Of a DNA stretch of 64,000 nucleotides, positions 21,161-29,890 are shown piece by piece. Below the pieces are notes generated by a model. It was not told the origin of the DNA. It saw nothing but the letters and a program-made list of their open reading frames with translations, and did not search any database. The stretch is from Promethearchaeota archaeon (GTDB lineage Archaea > Asgardarchaeota > Lokiarchaeia > Sigyniarchaeales > SOKP01), in NCBI GenBank assembly GCA_011364925.1, contig RDOA01000006.1, positions 52,161 to 116,160 of the forward strand, in the 5' to 3' direction. Positions within the stretch are counted from its first letter, which is position 1; the number at the start of each line of letters is the position of its first letter. Made by a program: the position numbers and the translations under genes.

Positions 21161-23023
21161 TCATACTATTCCTTTTATAAATTCAATAATTTCCTGAACT
21201 GGAGGATGTTCCGGATCATAGAAAAGAAAATTTTTGGCGTATTCTTTTAGCTTTATTGTATAATTTCTGGCTAGGTTTTCATTTGAAGATAAATCCTTTA
21301 TTTTATCTAATAAAATCTCTTGATCATAAACAATATATAGGAATTTTTCATCCAAAAATGAATATTTACTTGTCTCTCTAAAGGTTTTATTTATAAAATC
21401 AAGGCAAATCACTGGTGTTCCTACTAACATAGATTCTAAAATAGTTGTTGATTTTTGGGATATTAAGAGATTTGAAGATTTAATTATATCTAAAATCCTT
21501 ACATCCTTGACTATTATTGGATTGATACCTAGGTTTGAACAAATTTTTTTATGAATATAACCATCTTCTCGAGGATGGAGCTTGATAAGAAAATTTTGTT
21601 CTAAATTCAATTGTTTTAGAGATTTTGCGACTACGCTGATTATTTTTTCATTTGACTCGTCATCAATAGGATTTGTCGTTAAAAGGATTGTGAACTTCTC
21701 TTTATTAAATTCGTATTTTCTTCCATCAAACATGTCGCGAACTTCTGACAATTCAATAAATTTATTCTTATGAAAATATTCATATCGAGGGATTCCTGTA
21801 ACTTTTATATTTTGTTCATTTACTCCTTTTTGAATATAATACTTTTTATCTGATTCTCCTCCTAATATGTAATATTTAACATCGTTTTTAGTAACCATTT
21901 CCTCAATGATAGGAATAGCCGCGTGAGGTATGAATAAAGTTGGTATTTCTTTCAATTTACAATAGCTTGTGATTAATTTCATAGTACCCATAAAATCATT
22001 AGCAATAACCACCATTTTTGGAGGATTCTTTTTTATGAACTGTAAGAAATTTAATAATACGTTATAGGTCCTTATTAAATCTATCATATGCCCTTTTAAG
22101 TAGTATATTTTTAACAAATTCTTTAGATTTAATGATTGATATTCTAAATTTTTCGTTATTTTATTTTTATAGCGTTTAAGTAATATCCTATTCTGAATAA
22201 TGCATTTGATAATAGTATTTAGATTTTTTATCGAAGTAGAAATATCACTTTTATACCTAATAGAATTGAATAGTTTATCAGACTTTAGAATATTATGAAT
22301 TGGTAAAATGCTTTTTATTTGGTTTTCTGAGTTAGCAAAAAAAATCAAATTCTTTGTATTATTTTGTTTGGCTTTATTATTCTTCCGGTGTTTCTTGAAT
22401 AAAATCTTTTTAAGAAATAAACCCAAAGTTGTTAAAAAAAATTGTAGCGTACTCACATTACTTAAGAAATTGTTACTTATTAAAGGAAAACTATCTTTGA
22501 ACCATTTAATGTTCATCTTTATTTTTTTGAAGAAAATTAGTGAATTCTTATTTATATTAAGTAAGAAAATTTCATCATATTCTCTCTCTTGAAGAATTTT
22601 TTTGATTAATTCGAATTTTCCAAAAAATTCATTGAGAAATAAAGAAAGTTCAAACTCAAATGCTTTGGCTAAGAAAATCCCTTTAAAAGAGTAAATTTGT
22701 GAGGATAATAAATTTTGATACAAGGTTCTTAGTGTTTGCTTAGTTTTTTGTATCACACTGCCTTTGATATCTCTAAAAATTAGGCGATCAATATCAACTC
22801 TAAATTTTGGTAAGGATTCGGTACATATCTCTGACTGAACATTTAAAACTTCATTTCTTTCTGTAATAACAGTAATGTCTACAGTTTTTAAATATTTTTT
22901 CTGGATATAAGAAATAGTAAAATCCAATTTTGAAGAATTGTAATAATTTAGGAATTTCTTTATTATTGTTGGCAGATGTTCACTTTTATAGTTGAAAAAG
23001 TTGTATAAAATCAATACCTTCAT
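21161..23023 (-). CDS. GT-B-fold protein, candidate nonulosonate (sialyl-type) transferase
   Basis: PHA, VTGIPRYE, IKLHPRE and STTILE...G.PV resemble capsule/CDP-glycerol/sialyl-type GT-B transferases. Adjacent to neuB. Confidence 0.55.
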   Translation of the reverse strand: MKVLILYNFFNYKSEHLPTIIKKFLNYYNSSKLDFTISYIQKKYLKTVDITVITERNEVLNVQSEICTESLPKFRVDIDRLIFRDIKGSVIQKTKQTLRTLYQNLLSSQIYSFKGIFLAKAFEFELSLFLNEFFGKFELIKKILQEREYDEIFLLNINKNSLIFFKKIKMNIKWFKDSFPLISNNFLSNVSTLQFFLTTLGLFLKKILFKKHRKNNKAKQNNTKNLIFFANSENQIKSILPIHNILKSDKLFNSIRYKSDISTSIKNLNTIIKCIIQNRILLKRYKNKITKNLEYQSLNLKNLLKIYYLKGHMIDLIRTYNVLLNFLQFIKKNPPKMVVIANDFMGTMKLITSYCKLKEIPTLFIPHAAIPIIEEMVTKNDVKYYILGGESDKKYYIQKGVNEQNIKVTGIPRYEYFHKNKFIELSEVRDMFDGRKYEFNKEKFTILLTTNPIDDESNEKIISVVAKSLKQLNLEQNFLIKLHPREDGYIHKKICSNLGINPIIVKDVRILDIIKSSNLLISQKSTTILESMLVGTPVICLDFINKTFRETSKYSFLDEKFLYIVYDQEILLDKIKDLSSNENLARNYTIKLKEYAKNFLFYDPEHPPVQEIIEFIKGIV

Positions 23024-23218
23024 TCTGTATTTAAGATAATCTATGCTTTATTAAATTCTTTAATAAATCAAACAAATTAACTTTACGACTTGAAATAAAA
23101 ATCGTCTATTTAGTACGATCTTTATATGTATTTAGAAAAAAATTTTAATTTCCTACAATAACCTTATAATAACATTTAATAAATAATTGAAAATTCCGAG
23201 AAATGGGGTTGATTAGAG

Positions 23219-23752
23219 GTGAAAAAAAAAAGATTCCGAAACTTTAGGATCATTAGAAATTCAATTTTGAATTTTATTGATCCTGAATTTGCACTTAAAC
23301 GAAATTTAAAAATCATCGCATCTTATAAGTCAAAACCAAAAATACGACCATTTTCAAATACTATTCTTAATAAAAATACACATTTAGGGAAGAATTGTAA
23401 TTTTAACGGTTGTCAAATTCAAGGTGATGGAAAAGTAGTGATTGGTGACAACTTTCACTCGGGAGAAGAAATTATTTTCATTACTAGGAGTCATAATTAT
23501 GAAGGAAATGCAATCCCTTATAAGGGTTATGTACACAAAGATATAATCGTTGAGGATAATGTCTGGATTGGGACGCGGGTAACCATTCTTCCAGGCGTTA
23601 CAATAGGAGAAGGAGCGATAATTCAAGCGGGGAGCGTAGTTGTTCACGATATACCAAAATACGGAATTGCTGGAGGACATCCAGCAAAAGTTTTTAAATA
23701 TAGAGATAAAGAGCATTACGAAAGACTCAAAAAAGAAGGGAAATTCCATTAG
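23219..23752 (+). CDS. Hexapeptide-repeat (LbH) acyltransferase
   Basis: VEDNVWIGTRVTILPGVTIGEGAII.AGSVV..D.P...GG.PAK. Confidence 0.9.
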   Translation: MKKKRFRNFRIIRNSILNFIDPEFALKRNLKIIASYKSKPKIRPFSNTILNKNTHLGKNCNFNGCQIQGDGKVVIGDNFHSGEEIIFITRSHNYEGNAIPYKGYVHKDIIVEDNVWIGTRVTILPGVTIGEGAIIQAGSVVVHDIPKYGIAGGHPAKVFKYRDKEHYERLKKEGKFH

Positions 23753-23862
23753 AAAAATTTTTAAAAATTTTTAAAAAGCATCTTCTTCTGAAGTCCTATT
23801 TGAAGTTTACCAACTTTAAATATATAGGTAAACATAAAAAGAAGAGTTTTTTAATTATGTAT

Positions 23863-23886
23863 AATGAAATATAATTATATTTCATT
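23863..23886. promoter_or_regulatory. Perfect 24-bp palindrome, candidate operator of the RHH-sat-AlkP-cysC operon
   Basis: AATGAAATATAA|TTATATTTCATT, flanked by ATGTAT (23857-62) and ATACAT (23890-95), 41 nt before the RHH ATG. Confidence 0.55.
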
Positions 23887-23927
23887 TGTATACATTAACA
23901 AAATTATTGAAATGGTTTGAAATTAAA

Positions 23928-24167
23928 ATGTCTGAAGACGAACACAAGGTTGAATATACAACTGTTTCTATCCCTAAACCCTTAGCGGATAAAGTAAAGG
24001 AGCGAATGAAAGGAACAGGCTTTTCATCTGTATCAAGTTATGTTACATATGTACTTAGGCAGGTATTATCCTCAATAGAGCAAGATGAAAAATCAAAACA
24101 AGCGTTTACTAAAGATGAGGAGGATAAAGTCAAACAACGCCTACGAGATTTAGGTTATATCGATTAA
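23928..24167 (+). CDS. CopG/ribbon-helix-helix protein with C-terminal RLxxLGY tail
   Basis: YTTVSIPKPLADKVKE...GFSSVSSYVTYVLR RHH pattern, ending EEDKVKQRLRDLGYID. ATG at 23928. Confidence 0.85.
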   Translation: MSEDEHKVEYTTVSIPKPLADKVKERMKGTGFSSVSSYVTYVLRQVLSSIEQDEKSKQAFTKDEEDKVKQRLRDLGYID

Positions 24168-24199
24168 AACTAATAATAAATGAAAATGTTGATGGAAAA

Positions 24200-25348
24200 A
24201 TGATACATCCACATGGTGGTACATTAATTAATAAGAACTTGCCTGAGATTGAGAAACAAAAAATTTTAGGTGAAAAAGACGAATTTGTGAAAATTCCTAT
24301 AGATTCTGAAACCAAGAAAGTGATAAAGAGTATTGCGTTTGGAATATTTAGCCCGTTAGAAGGATTTATGAATGAAAATGATACTCTGAATGTTCTTGAC
24401 CATATGTATCTAGAAAGTAACATCGCATGGCCTTTTCCCATTGTTTTAGATATTTCAAAGGAGGAGTCCCAAAGGATAAATATCGATGACCATGTAATTT
24501 TAACAAGCATTTCAGATGGACCAATAGCTTTACTCAAAGTAGAAGATATTTACGATTATAATAAAAAGATCTTTGCTGAGAAAGTTTATGGAACAAATGA
24601 TATTAACCATCCCGGAGTTGCAAAGCTATTTAGCCAAAAAGAGAAACTAATTGGTGGTGAGATATTTCTTATCAACGAATTTCCTGCGCAATTTCCAGAA
24701 TTGGACTTAAAACCTATAGAAACGAGAGTTCTTTTTAAAACAAGAGGTTGGGATAAAGTTGTTGCCTTTCAAACAAGAAATCCACCGCATTTAGGTCATG
24801 AATACATTCAAAAGGCAGGATTAACTTTCGTTGACGGTCTTTTTATAAATCCTGTGATAGGAAAAAAGAAAACGGGAGATTTTCGTGATGAGGTAATAAT
24901 TAATGCTTACAAAGCCTTAATTGAAAATTATTACCCTCAAAATCGAGTAGTATTAAGCACATTTGAAACAGAAATGAGATACGCTGGACCAAAAGAGGCA
25001 ATTTTTCATGCAATCGCTCGTAAAAATTTTGGATGTGATCACATAATAATTGGACGAGATCATGCTGGTGTTGGCAATTACTACGGTCCCTACGATGCTC
25101 ATAAAATTTTCGAGAATTTCCCAGATTTAGGAATCGAACCTTTATTTTTTAGATCGTTTTCATATTGTTCTAAATGTAACTCAATAGTAAACGATAAAAT
25201 TTGCCCCCATTCTGCAGATCTTCATAAATTTTTCAGTGGATCTCAAATTAGAGATACTTTATTATCTGGTAAACAACCACAATCAGATGTTATGAGACCT
25301 GAAATAGCAAATATTATTCTAAATTATAAAAATCCATTTTGTGAGTAA
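24200..25348 (+). CDS. sat: Sulfate adenylyltransferase
   Basis: PHGG, FSPLEGFM, FQTRNPPHLGHE, MRYAGPKEA, GRDHAGVG, Zn motif CSKC...CPH, MRPE. Confidence 0.97.
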   Translation: MIHPHGGTLINKNLPEIEKQKILGEKDEFVKIPIDSETKKVIKSIAFGIFSPLEGFMNENDTLNVLDHMYLESNIAWPFPIVLDISKEESQRINIDDHVILTSISDGPIALLKVEDIYDYNKKIFAEKVYGTNDINHPGVAKLFSQKEKLIGGEIFLINEFPAQFPELDLKPIETRVLFKTRGWDKVVAFQTRNPPHLGHEYIQKAGLTFVDGLFINPVIGKKKTGDFRDEVIINAYKALIENYYPQNRVVLSTFETEMRYAGPKEAIFHAIARKNFGCDHIIIGRDHAGVGNYYGPYDAHKIFENFPDLGIEPLFFRSFSYCSKCNSIVNDKICPHSADLHKFFSGSQIRDTLLSGKQPQSDVMRPEIANIILNYKNPFCE

Positions 25349-25357
25349 AGTATTACC

Positions 25358-26743
25358 TTGACACAGAAGAAGAGAGTCTTAGTAATTGGATTGGATTGTG
25401 CTACACCTAAGACCTTATTTGAAGATTTCATAGAACATTGTCCTAATATTAGAAATCTCATGGATAATGGTGTTTATGGAAAATTACGGAGTTCAGATCC
25501 ACCCATCACTGTTCCTGCTTGGATGATAATGTCAACGGGTCGCAATGCAGGAGAACTTGGACTCTATGGATTTCGGCACAGGAAGGGTAATTCTTATTCA
25601 GATTTTTGGGTCGCTAATTCTCAAAGCGTAAAAGAACTTAAGATATGGGATATTATTGCCAAGAAGGGTTTAAAATCTATAATTGTCGGTGTCCCTCCTA
25701 CTTTTCCAGCTCAGCCGATCAATGGAAATCTTATTACAGGTTTTATTACACCTGACACCCTTTCACAATTTACATTCCCTCCTGAGTTAAAAGAAGAAAT
25801 ACTTCATGTCGTTAAAGACTACGAGTTTGATGTAAAGTTTAGAACAGATAACAAGGAACAACTTCTGATTGATCTATATAAACTTACAAGGAAACATTTT
25901 GAAGTAGTGAAATATTTAATAATGAATAAGGAATGGGATTATTGTCAATTTGTCATCATCGGTTTAGATCGATTTCACCACGCATTTTGGAAATATTACG
26001 ATAAGAGTCATCACAAATACGAACCAGGGAACATCTTTGAAAGTGCTATGAAAAAGTTCTATAATTTCCTCGACAATCAAATTGGGGACCTGCTTAAACT
26101 CTTGAACAAAAATGATGTAGTTATTATTGCCTCAGATCACGGCGCAAAAGCGATGAAAGGTTGTTTATGCGTAAATATGGCTTTAGAACAACTTGGATTG
26201 CTGAAATTCAAAGAAAAACCTACTGCTAAAACAAGATTAGAAGACGCAGAGATTGACTGGAAGAATACTTATGCTTGGGGTTGGGGCGGTTATTATGCAA
26301 GAGTATTTTTAAATGTAAAAGGTAGGGAGTCAACGGGAATAATTGAACCAGAAGAATATGAAAAATGGAGAGAGAAATTAATAGCTTTATTGAAACAAAT
26401 CACTGATGATAAAGGAGAACCAATGGATACTAAGATTTATAAACCAGAAGATTTATATCAAATTGTGCGTGGAGATGCTCCAGATCTTATGGTATACTTC
26501 GATGATTTAAATTGGAGGTCTGCTGGGACTGTTGGATATGAATCAATGTATCTCGATGAAAATGATACTGGTCCAGATGATGCTGTACACGATTATTATG
26601 GAATATTTGTAATTTCTTCTTTAAATCGAAAAATTGGCAAAGATTTAGAAGTGAAAAGTATTTTAGACATAACTCCTACAATATTAAATATCTTGGGGAT
26701 AGAAATTCCGGAAGATCTAAAAGGAACGATTATAGAATTTTAA
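25358..26743 (+). CDS. AlkP-superfamily (type I phosphodiesterase-like) enzyme within the sat-cysC operon
   Basis: IGLDCA, PPITVPAW, DRFHH, SDHG, GPDDAVH, DITPTIL. No signal peptide. Confidence 0.9.
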   Translation: MTQKKRVLVIGLDCATPKTLFEDFIEHCPNIRNLMDNGVYGKLRSSDPPITVPAWMIMSTGRNAGELGLYGFRHRKGNSYSDFWVANSQSVKELKIWDIIAKKGLKSIIVGVPPTFPAQPINGNLITGFITPDTLSQFTFPPELKEEILHVVKDYEFDVKFRTDNKEQLLIDLYKLTRKHFEVVKYLIMNKEWDYCQFVIIGLDRFHHAFWKYYDKSHHKYEPGNIFESAMKKFYNFLDNQIGDLLKLLNKNDVVIIASDHGAKAMKGCLCVNMALEQLGLLKFKEKPTAKTRLEDAEIDWKNTYAWGWGGYYARVFLNVKGRESTGIIEPEEYEKWREKLIALLKQITDDKGEPMDTKIYKPEDLYQIVRGDAPDLMVYFDDLNWRSAGTVGYESMYLDENDTGPDDAVHDYYGIFVISSLNRKIGKDLEVKSILDITPTILNILGIEIPEDLKGTIIEF

Positions 26744-26769
26744 GAAAAAAAATGTAAATAAGGATAAAT

Positions 26770-27303
26770 ATGGAGCATAAAGGATTCACATTATGGTTTA
26801 CAGGGCTTGCCTGTTCGGGAAAATCTGTTTTAGCTAATGTCGTAGCCGAAGATCTTAAAAAACGAGGGATGAAAGTTGAACGTCTTGATGGAGATATTGT
26901 AAGAAAAGGTTTAACGCGAGATTTAGGATTCTCAGACGAGGATAGAAGAATGAATATTGAAAGAGTTACATTTGTGGCAAAATTGTTGACTAGAAACGGA
27001 GTAGCAGTTTTAGCTTCTTTTATATCTCCTTTTAACGATATTAGGGCTTACTCTCGTAAAGAGATTGGAACTTATATTTTAGTGTATGTAAAATGTCCCA
27101 TCGAAGTATGTGAACAAAGAGATATAAAGGGGATGTACGCAAAAGCCAGAGCTGGCGAAATCAAGCAGTTTACAGGTATTGATTCACCGTTTGAGGAACC
27201 AAATAAGGCTGATATTGTTGTAGAAACTGATAAGCAAACGATTGAAGAGAGCAAGAAAGTAATTTTAGATGCCTTGAGTGAGATGGGATATTTACCAGAT
27301 TAA
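26770..27303 (+). CDS. cysC: Adenylyl-sulfate kinase
   Basis: WFTGLACSGKS, LDGD.VR, DLGFS..DR..N, ISP, RD.KG.Y..AR.G.I..FTGIDSPFEEP. Confidence 0.97.
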   Translation: MEHKGFTLWFTGLACSGKSVLANVVAEDLKKRGMKVERLDGDIVRKGLTRDLGFSDEDRRMNIERVTFVAKLLTRNGVAVLASFISPFNDIRAYSRKEIGTYILVYVKCPIEVCEQRDIKGMYAKARAGEIKQFTGIDSPFEEPNKADIVVETDKQTIEESKKVILDALSEMGYLPD

Positions 27304-27454
27304 AATTAAAAACGAATTAAAGAATTCTTAAGAAATTTTTCTTTTTTCTATATTAATGCGATTCATCGAATTTAAACATAAAATTTTTTCAAGTATGTTA
27401 AATTTATATTTTTATTGAGTTTAACATTAATATTTTAAATCTAAAGTTTTTAAG

Positions 27455-28816
27455 ATGCCTACCAATATTGTTGTAATTGGAATGGGATACGTAGGTATTC
27501 CGATGGCTGTTCTTTTAGCTGATGTAGATGATTTTTATGTCACCGGTATTCAGCGAAGATCACAAAGGTCAGGTTGGAAGATTGATTGGCTCAATCAAGG
27601 TAAAAATCCTTACGAAGGAGAAGAACCAGGATTGGATGAATTAATCGAGAGAGTAGTAAAAAGTGGAAAATTCAAAGTTACTGATAAATACGATGATGTT
27701 CGTGATGCGGATTACATTTTAATCGATGTTCAAACACCAGTTGATGATGAAAAAATCCCTAGATATGCCTCTTTGCTTGATGTTTCTCAAAAAATTGCCA
27801 AACATATGAAAAAAGGTGTCACTATAATACTAGAGTCTACTGTAGCACCAGGAACAACAGACAATGTTGTACAATCTATATTAGAAGAAAATCGTGGATT
27901 TAAGAGAGGTCTCGACTTTTTTTTGGTGTTTTCGTTCGAGAGAGTAATGCCCGGTAAACTAATTGAATATATCACAGATTTTCCTCGAGTAATAGGAGGA
28001 GGCTGTCAAGAAGCTAATGATAAAGCTAAATTCTTATATGGAAAGGTTGTTAAAAAAGAATTACAAGTAACAGACACATTAACTGCTGAATTGACGAAAT
28101 GCATAGAAAATGCTTATAGAGACGTTAATATTGCATTTGCGAACGAAATGGCCTTATTATGCGAGGATTTCAATAGGAATGTATTCGAAATTATTAATTT
28201 GATAAATTATCGCCATGACAGAATGATGCATTTTCCCGGTTCGGGTGTAGGAGGTCATTGTCTAACAAAAGATCCTTGGCTTTTACTCTATGGGTTTAAT
28301 AAATACACTGAGAGATTGAACGAAGCAAAAATTAAAATTATTCCTGATGCGAGAAAGATTAATGATTTCATGCCTTATCATATGATTGAATTAATGGAAA
28401 ATGTATTTAGAGACTCTCATAGATTAGTAGATAACATAAAGGTGGCACTTCTAGGCGTCTCCTATAAAGCAAATACAGATGATACACGAAATACTCCAAC
28501 TGAAAATATCGTAAAAGTCCTTAGAAGTAGATATCATTCCCATAATATTGAATATATCGCTCACGATCCTTTTGTACACGAAAGAGATTACAAACTTACT
28601 AAACTTACAAATGACTTCAATGAAGCGATTACTAACGCAGATGTTTTGATGTTTACAACAAATCATTCTGAATATTATGATATTGATCTTGACGATTTAA
28701 AGAAGAAAGTGAGAACGCCAATAATTATTGATGGAAGAAACATTTTTGAAAAGAAATTGGTTGAAGGAAAGGGCTTTACTTATCGCAAAGTTGGAGAAGG
28801 TTCAAAAAATCACTAG
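27455..28816 (+). CDS. NDP-sugar 6-dehydrogenase (WecC/WbpA family)
   Basis: GMGYVG, ESTV.PGTT, ERV.PG, ENAYRDVNIAFANE, GVGGHC..KDP, YK...DD.R. Confidence 0.92.
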   Translation: MPTNIVVIGMGYVGIPMAVLLADVDDFYVTGIQRRSQRSGWKIDWLNQGKNPYEGEEPGLDELIERVVKSGKFKVTDKYDDVRDADYILIDVQTPVDDEKIPRYASLLDVSQKIAKHMKKGVTIILESTVAPGTTDNVVQSILEENRGFKRGLDFFLVFSFERVMPGKLIEYITDFPRVIGGGCQEANDKAKFLYGKVVKKELQVTDTLTAELTKCIENAYRDVNIAFANEMALLCEDFNRNVFEIINLINYRHDRMMHFPGSGVGGHCLTKDPWLLLYGFNKYTERLNEAKIKIIPDARKINDFMPYHMIELMENVFRDSHRLVDNIKVALLGVSYKANTDDTRNTPTENIVKVLRSRYHSHNIEYIAHDPFVHERDYKLTKLTNDFNEAITNADVLMFTTNHSEYYDIDLDDLKKKVRTPIIIDGRNIFEKKLVEGKGFTYRKVGEGSKNH

Positions 28817-28841
28817 GAGCCTTAGGTGAAAAAATTAAATT

Positions 28842-29873
28842 ATGGAAAATATTTTAATCACTGGTTCTAATGGATTTCTCGGTTCTCATTTAATTGATTA
28901 TTTAATTGACAAGAAATTTATTATTTGCGGTTTAGATCGCCCATCTGCATCTTTTAGAAATCTTGAGCATTATATGGTTGCAAACATAAAAAAGGAGAAA
29001 TTTCTCGGTAAAAAAATTAAAATCAAGAGTAATAAAGAAAATTTATTCTTTTTGGAATGCGATGTTACTAATGCACTGCTGATAGATGAGATCATTTTCG
29101 AATTGACACCTAAATATATATTTCATCTTGGTGCTCAGCCCTATATCCTTCCATCATGGGAAAATCCAGCAAAAACAATTGAAATTAATGTGATAGGTAC
29201 AATTAACATCTTTGAATCAATTAAAAGACATAAGATCCCTTCGAGAGTTATATTAGCATGCAGTGCTGCAGAGTTTGGGACGACTACTAGGGTCGGGCGC
29301 CCATTAAAAGAAGATGACGCTTTATTAGCACTCCATCCTTATGGGATAAGCAAGATTGCGGCTGAACTACTTTCACGACAATATTATATTAATTTTGGGG
29401 TCGAATCAATTAATTTACGGTTTTTCAATTTAACGGGAACAAGGCGAACTAACGATGCTCCTTCTGACTTTATAAGAAAGATCGCTCAAATAGAATTAGG
29501 TTTAAAAACACCACCTTTAGAAGTAGGAAATTTACTTCCGTATCGAGATCTGTTAGATATCGGAGATGCCATAAATGCAGTTTGGTTAGCTGCTACAAAG
29601 GGAACACCAGGAGAGACCTATCATATATGTTCAGGTGAAAAAATTCAAATTAAGGAACTGTTAGATATTTCGCTTAGTTTTTCCGAGAAGAACATTGAGG
29701 TTCTTGAAAACGCTCCTCATATAGTAAGAAAATCTGATGAGGATATCGTTATAGGTGATAACTCTAAAATTAAATCCGAATTAGGGTGGAAACCAAAGAT
29801 TCCTATAAATCAAACTCTTAAGGAGATGTTTGATTATTGGATAAAATTTTATCAGAAAAATCAAGATATGTAA
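28842..29873 (+). CDS. GDP-sugar SDR, Rmd-like reductase / Gmd family
   Basis: TGSNGFLG, HLGAQ...SW, SAAEFG, PYGISK, VGNL...RD. Confidence 0.7.
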   Translation: MENILITGSNGFLGSHLIDYLIDKKFIICGLDRPSASFRNLEHYMVANIKKEKFLGKKIKIKSNKENLFFLECDVTNALLIDEIIFELTPKYIFHLGAQPYILPSWENPAKTIEINVIGTINIFESIKRHKIPSRVILACSAAEFGTTTRVGRPLKEDDALLALHPYGISKIAAELLSRQYYINFGVESINLRFFNLTGTRRTNDAPSDFIRKIAQIELGLKTPPLEVGNLLPYRDLLDIGDAINAVWLAATKGTPGETYHICSGEKIQIKELLDISLSFSEKNIEVLENAPHIVRKSDEDIVIGDNSKIKSELGWKPKIPINQTLKEMFDYWIKFYQKNQDM

Positions 29874-29890
29874 AAAAGTTTTTAGATTAT

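Noticed and set aside
23222-23231. A10 run at the start of the acyltransferase (possible phase variation)
   Set aside because: A/T runs of 9-11 nt occur repeatedly in this AT-rich window and the frame is intact.
23753-23777. AAAAATTTTTAAAAATTTTTAAAAA self-complementary run
   Set aside because: Low-complexity AT sequence after a stop codon; at most a terminator-like tract.
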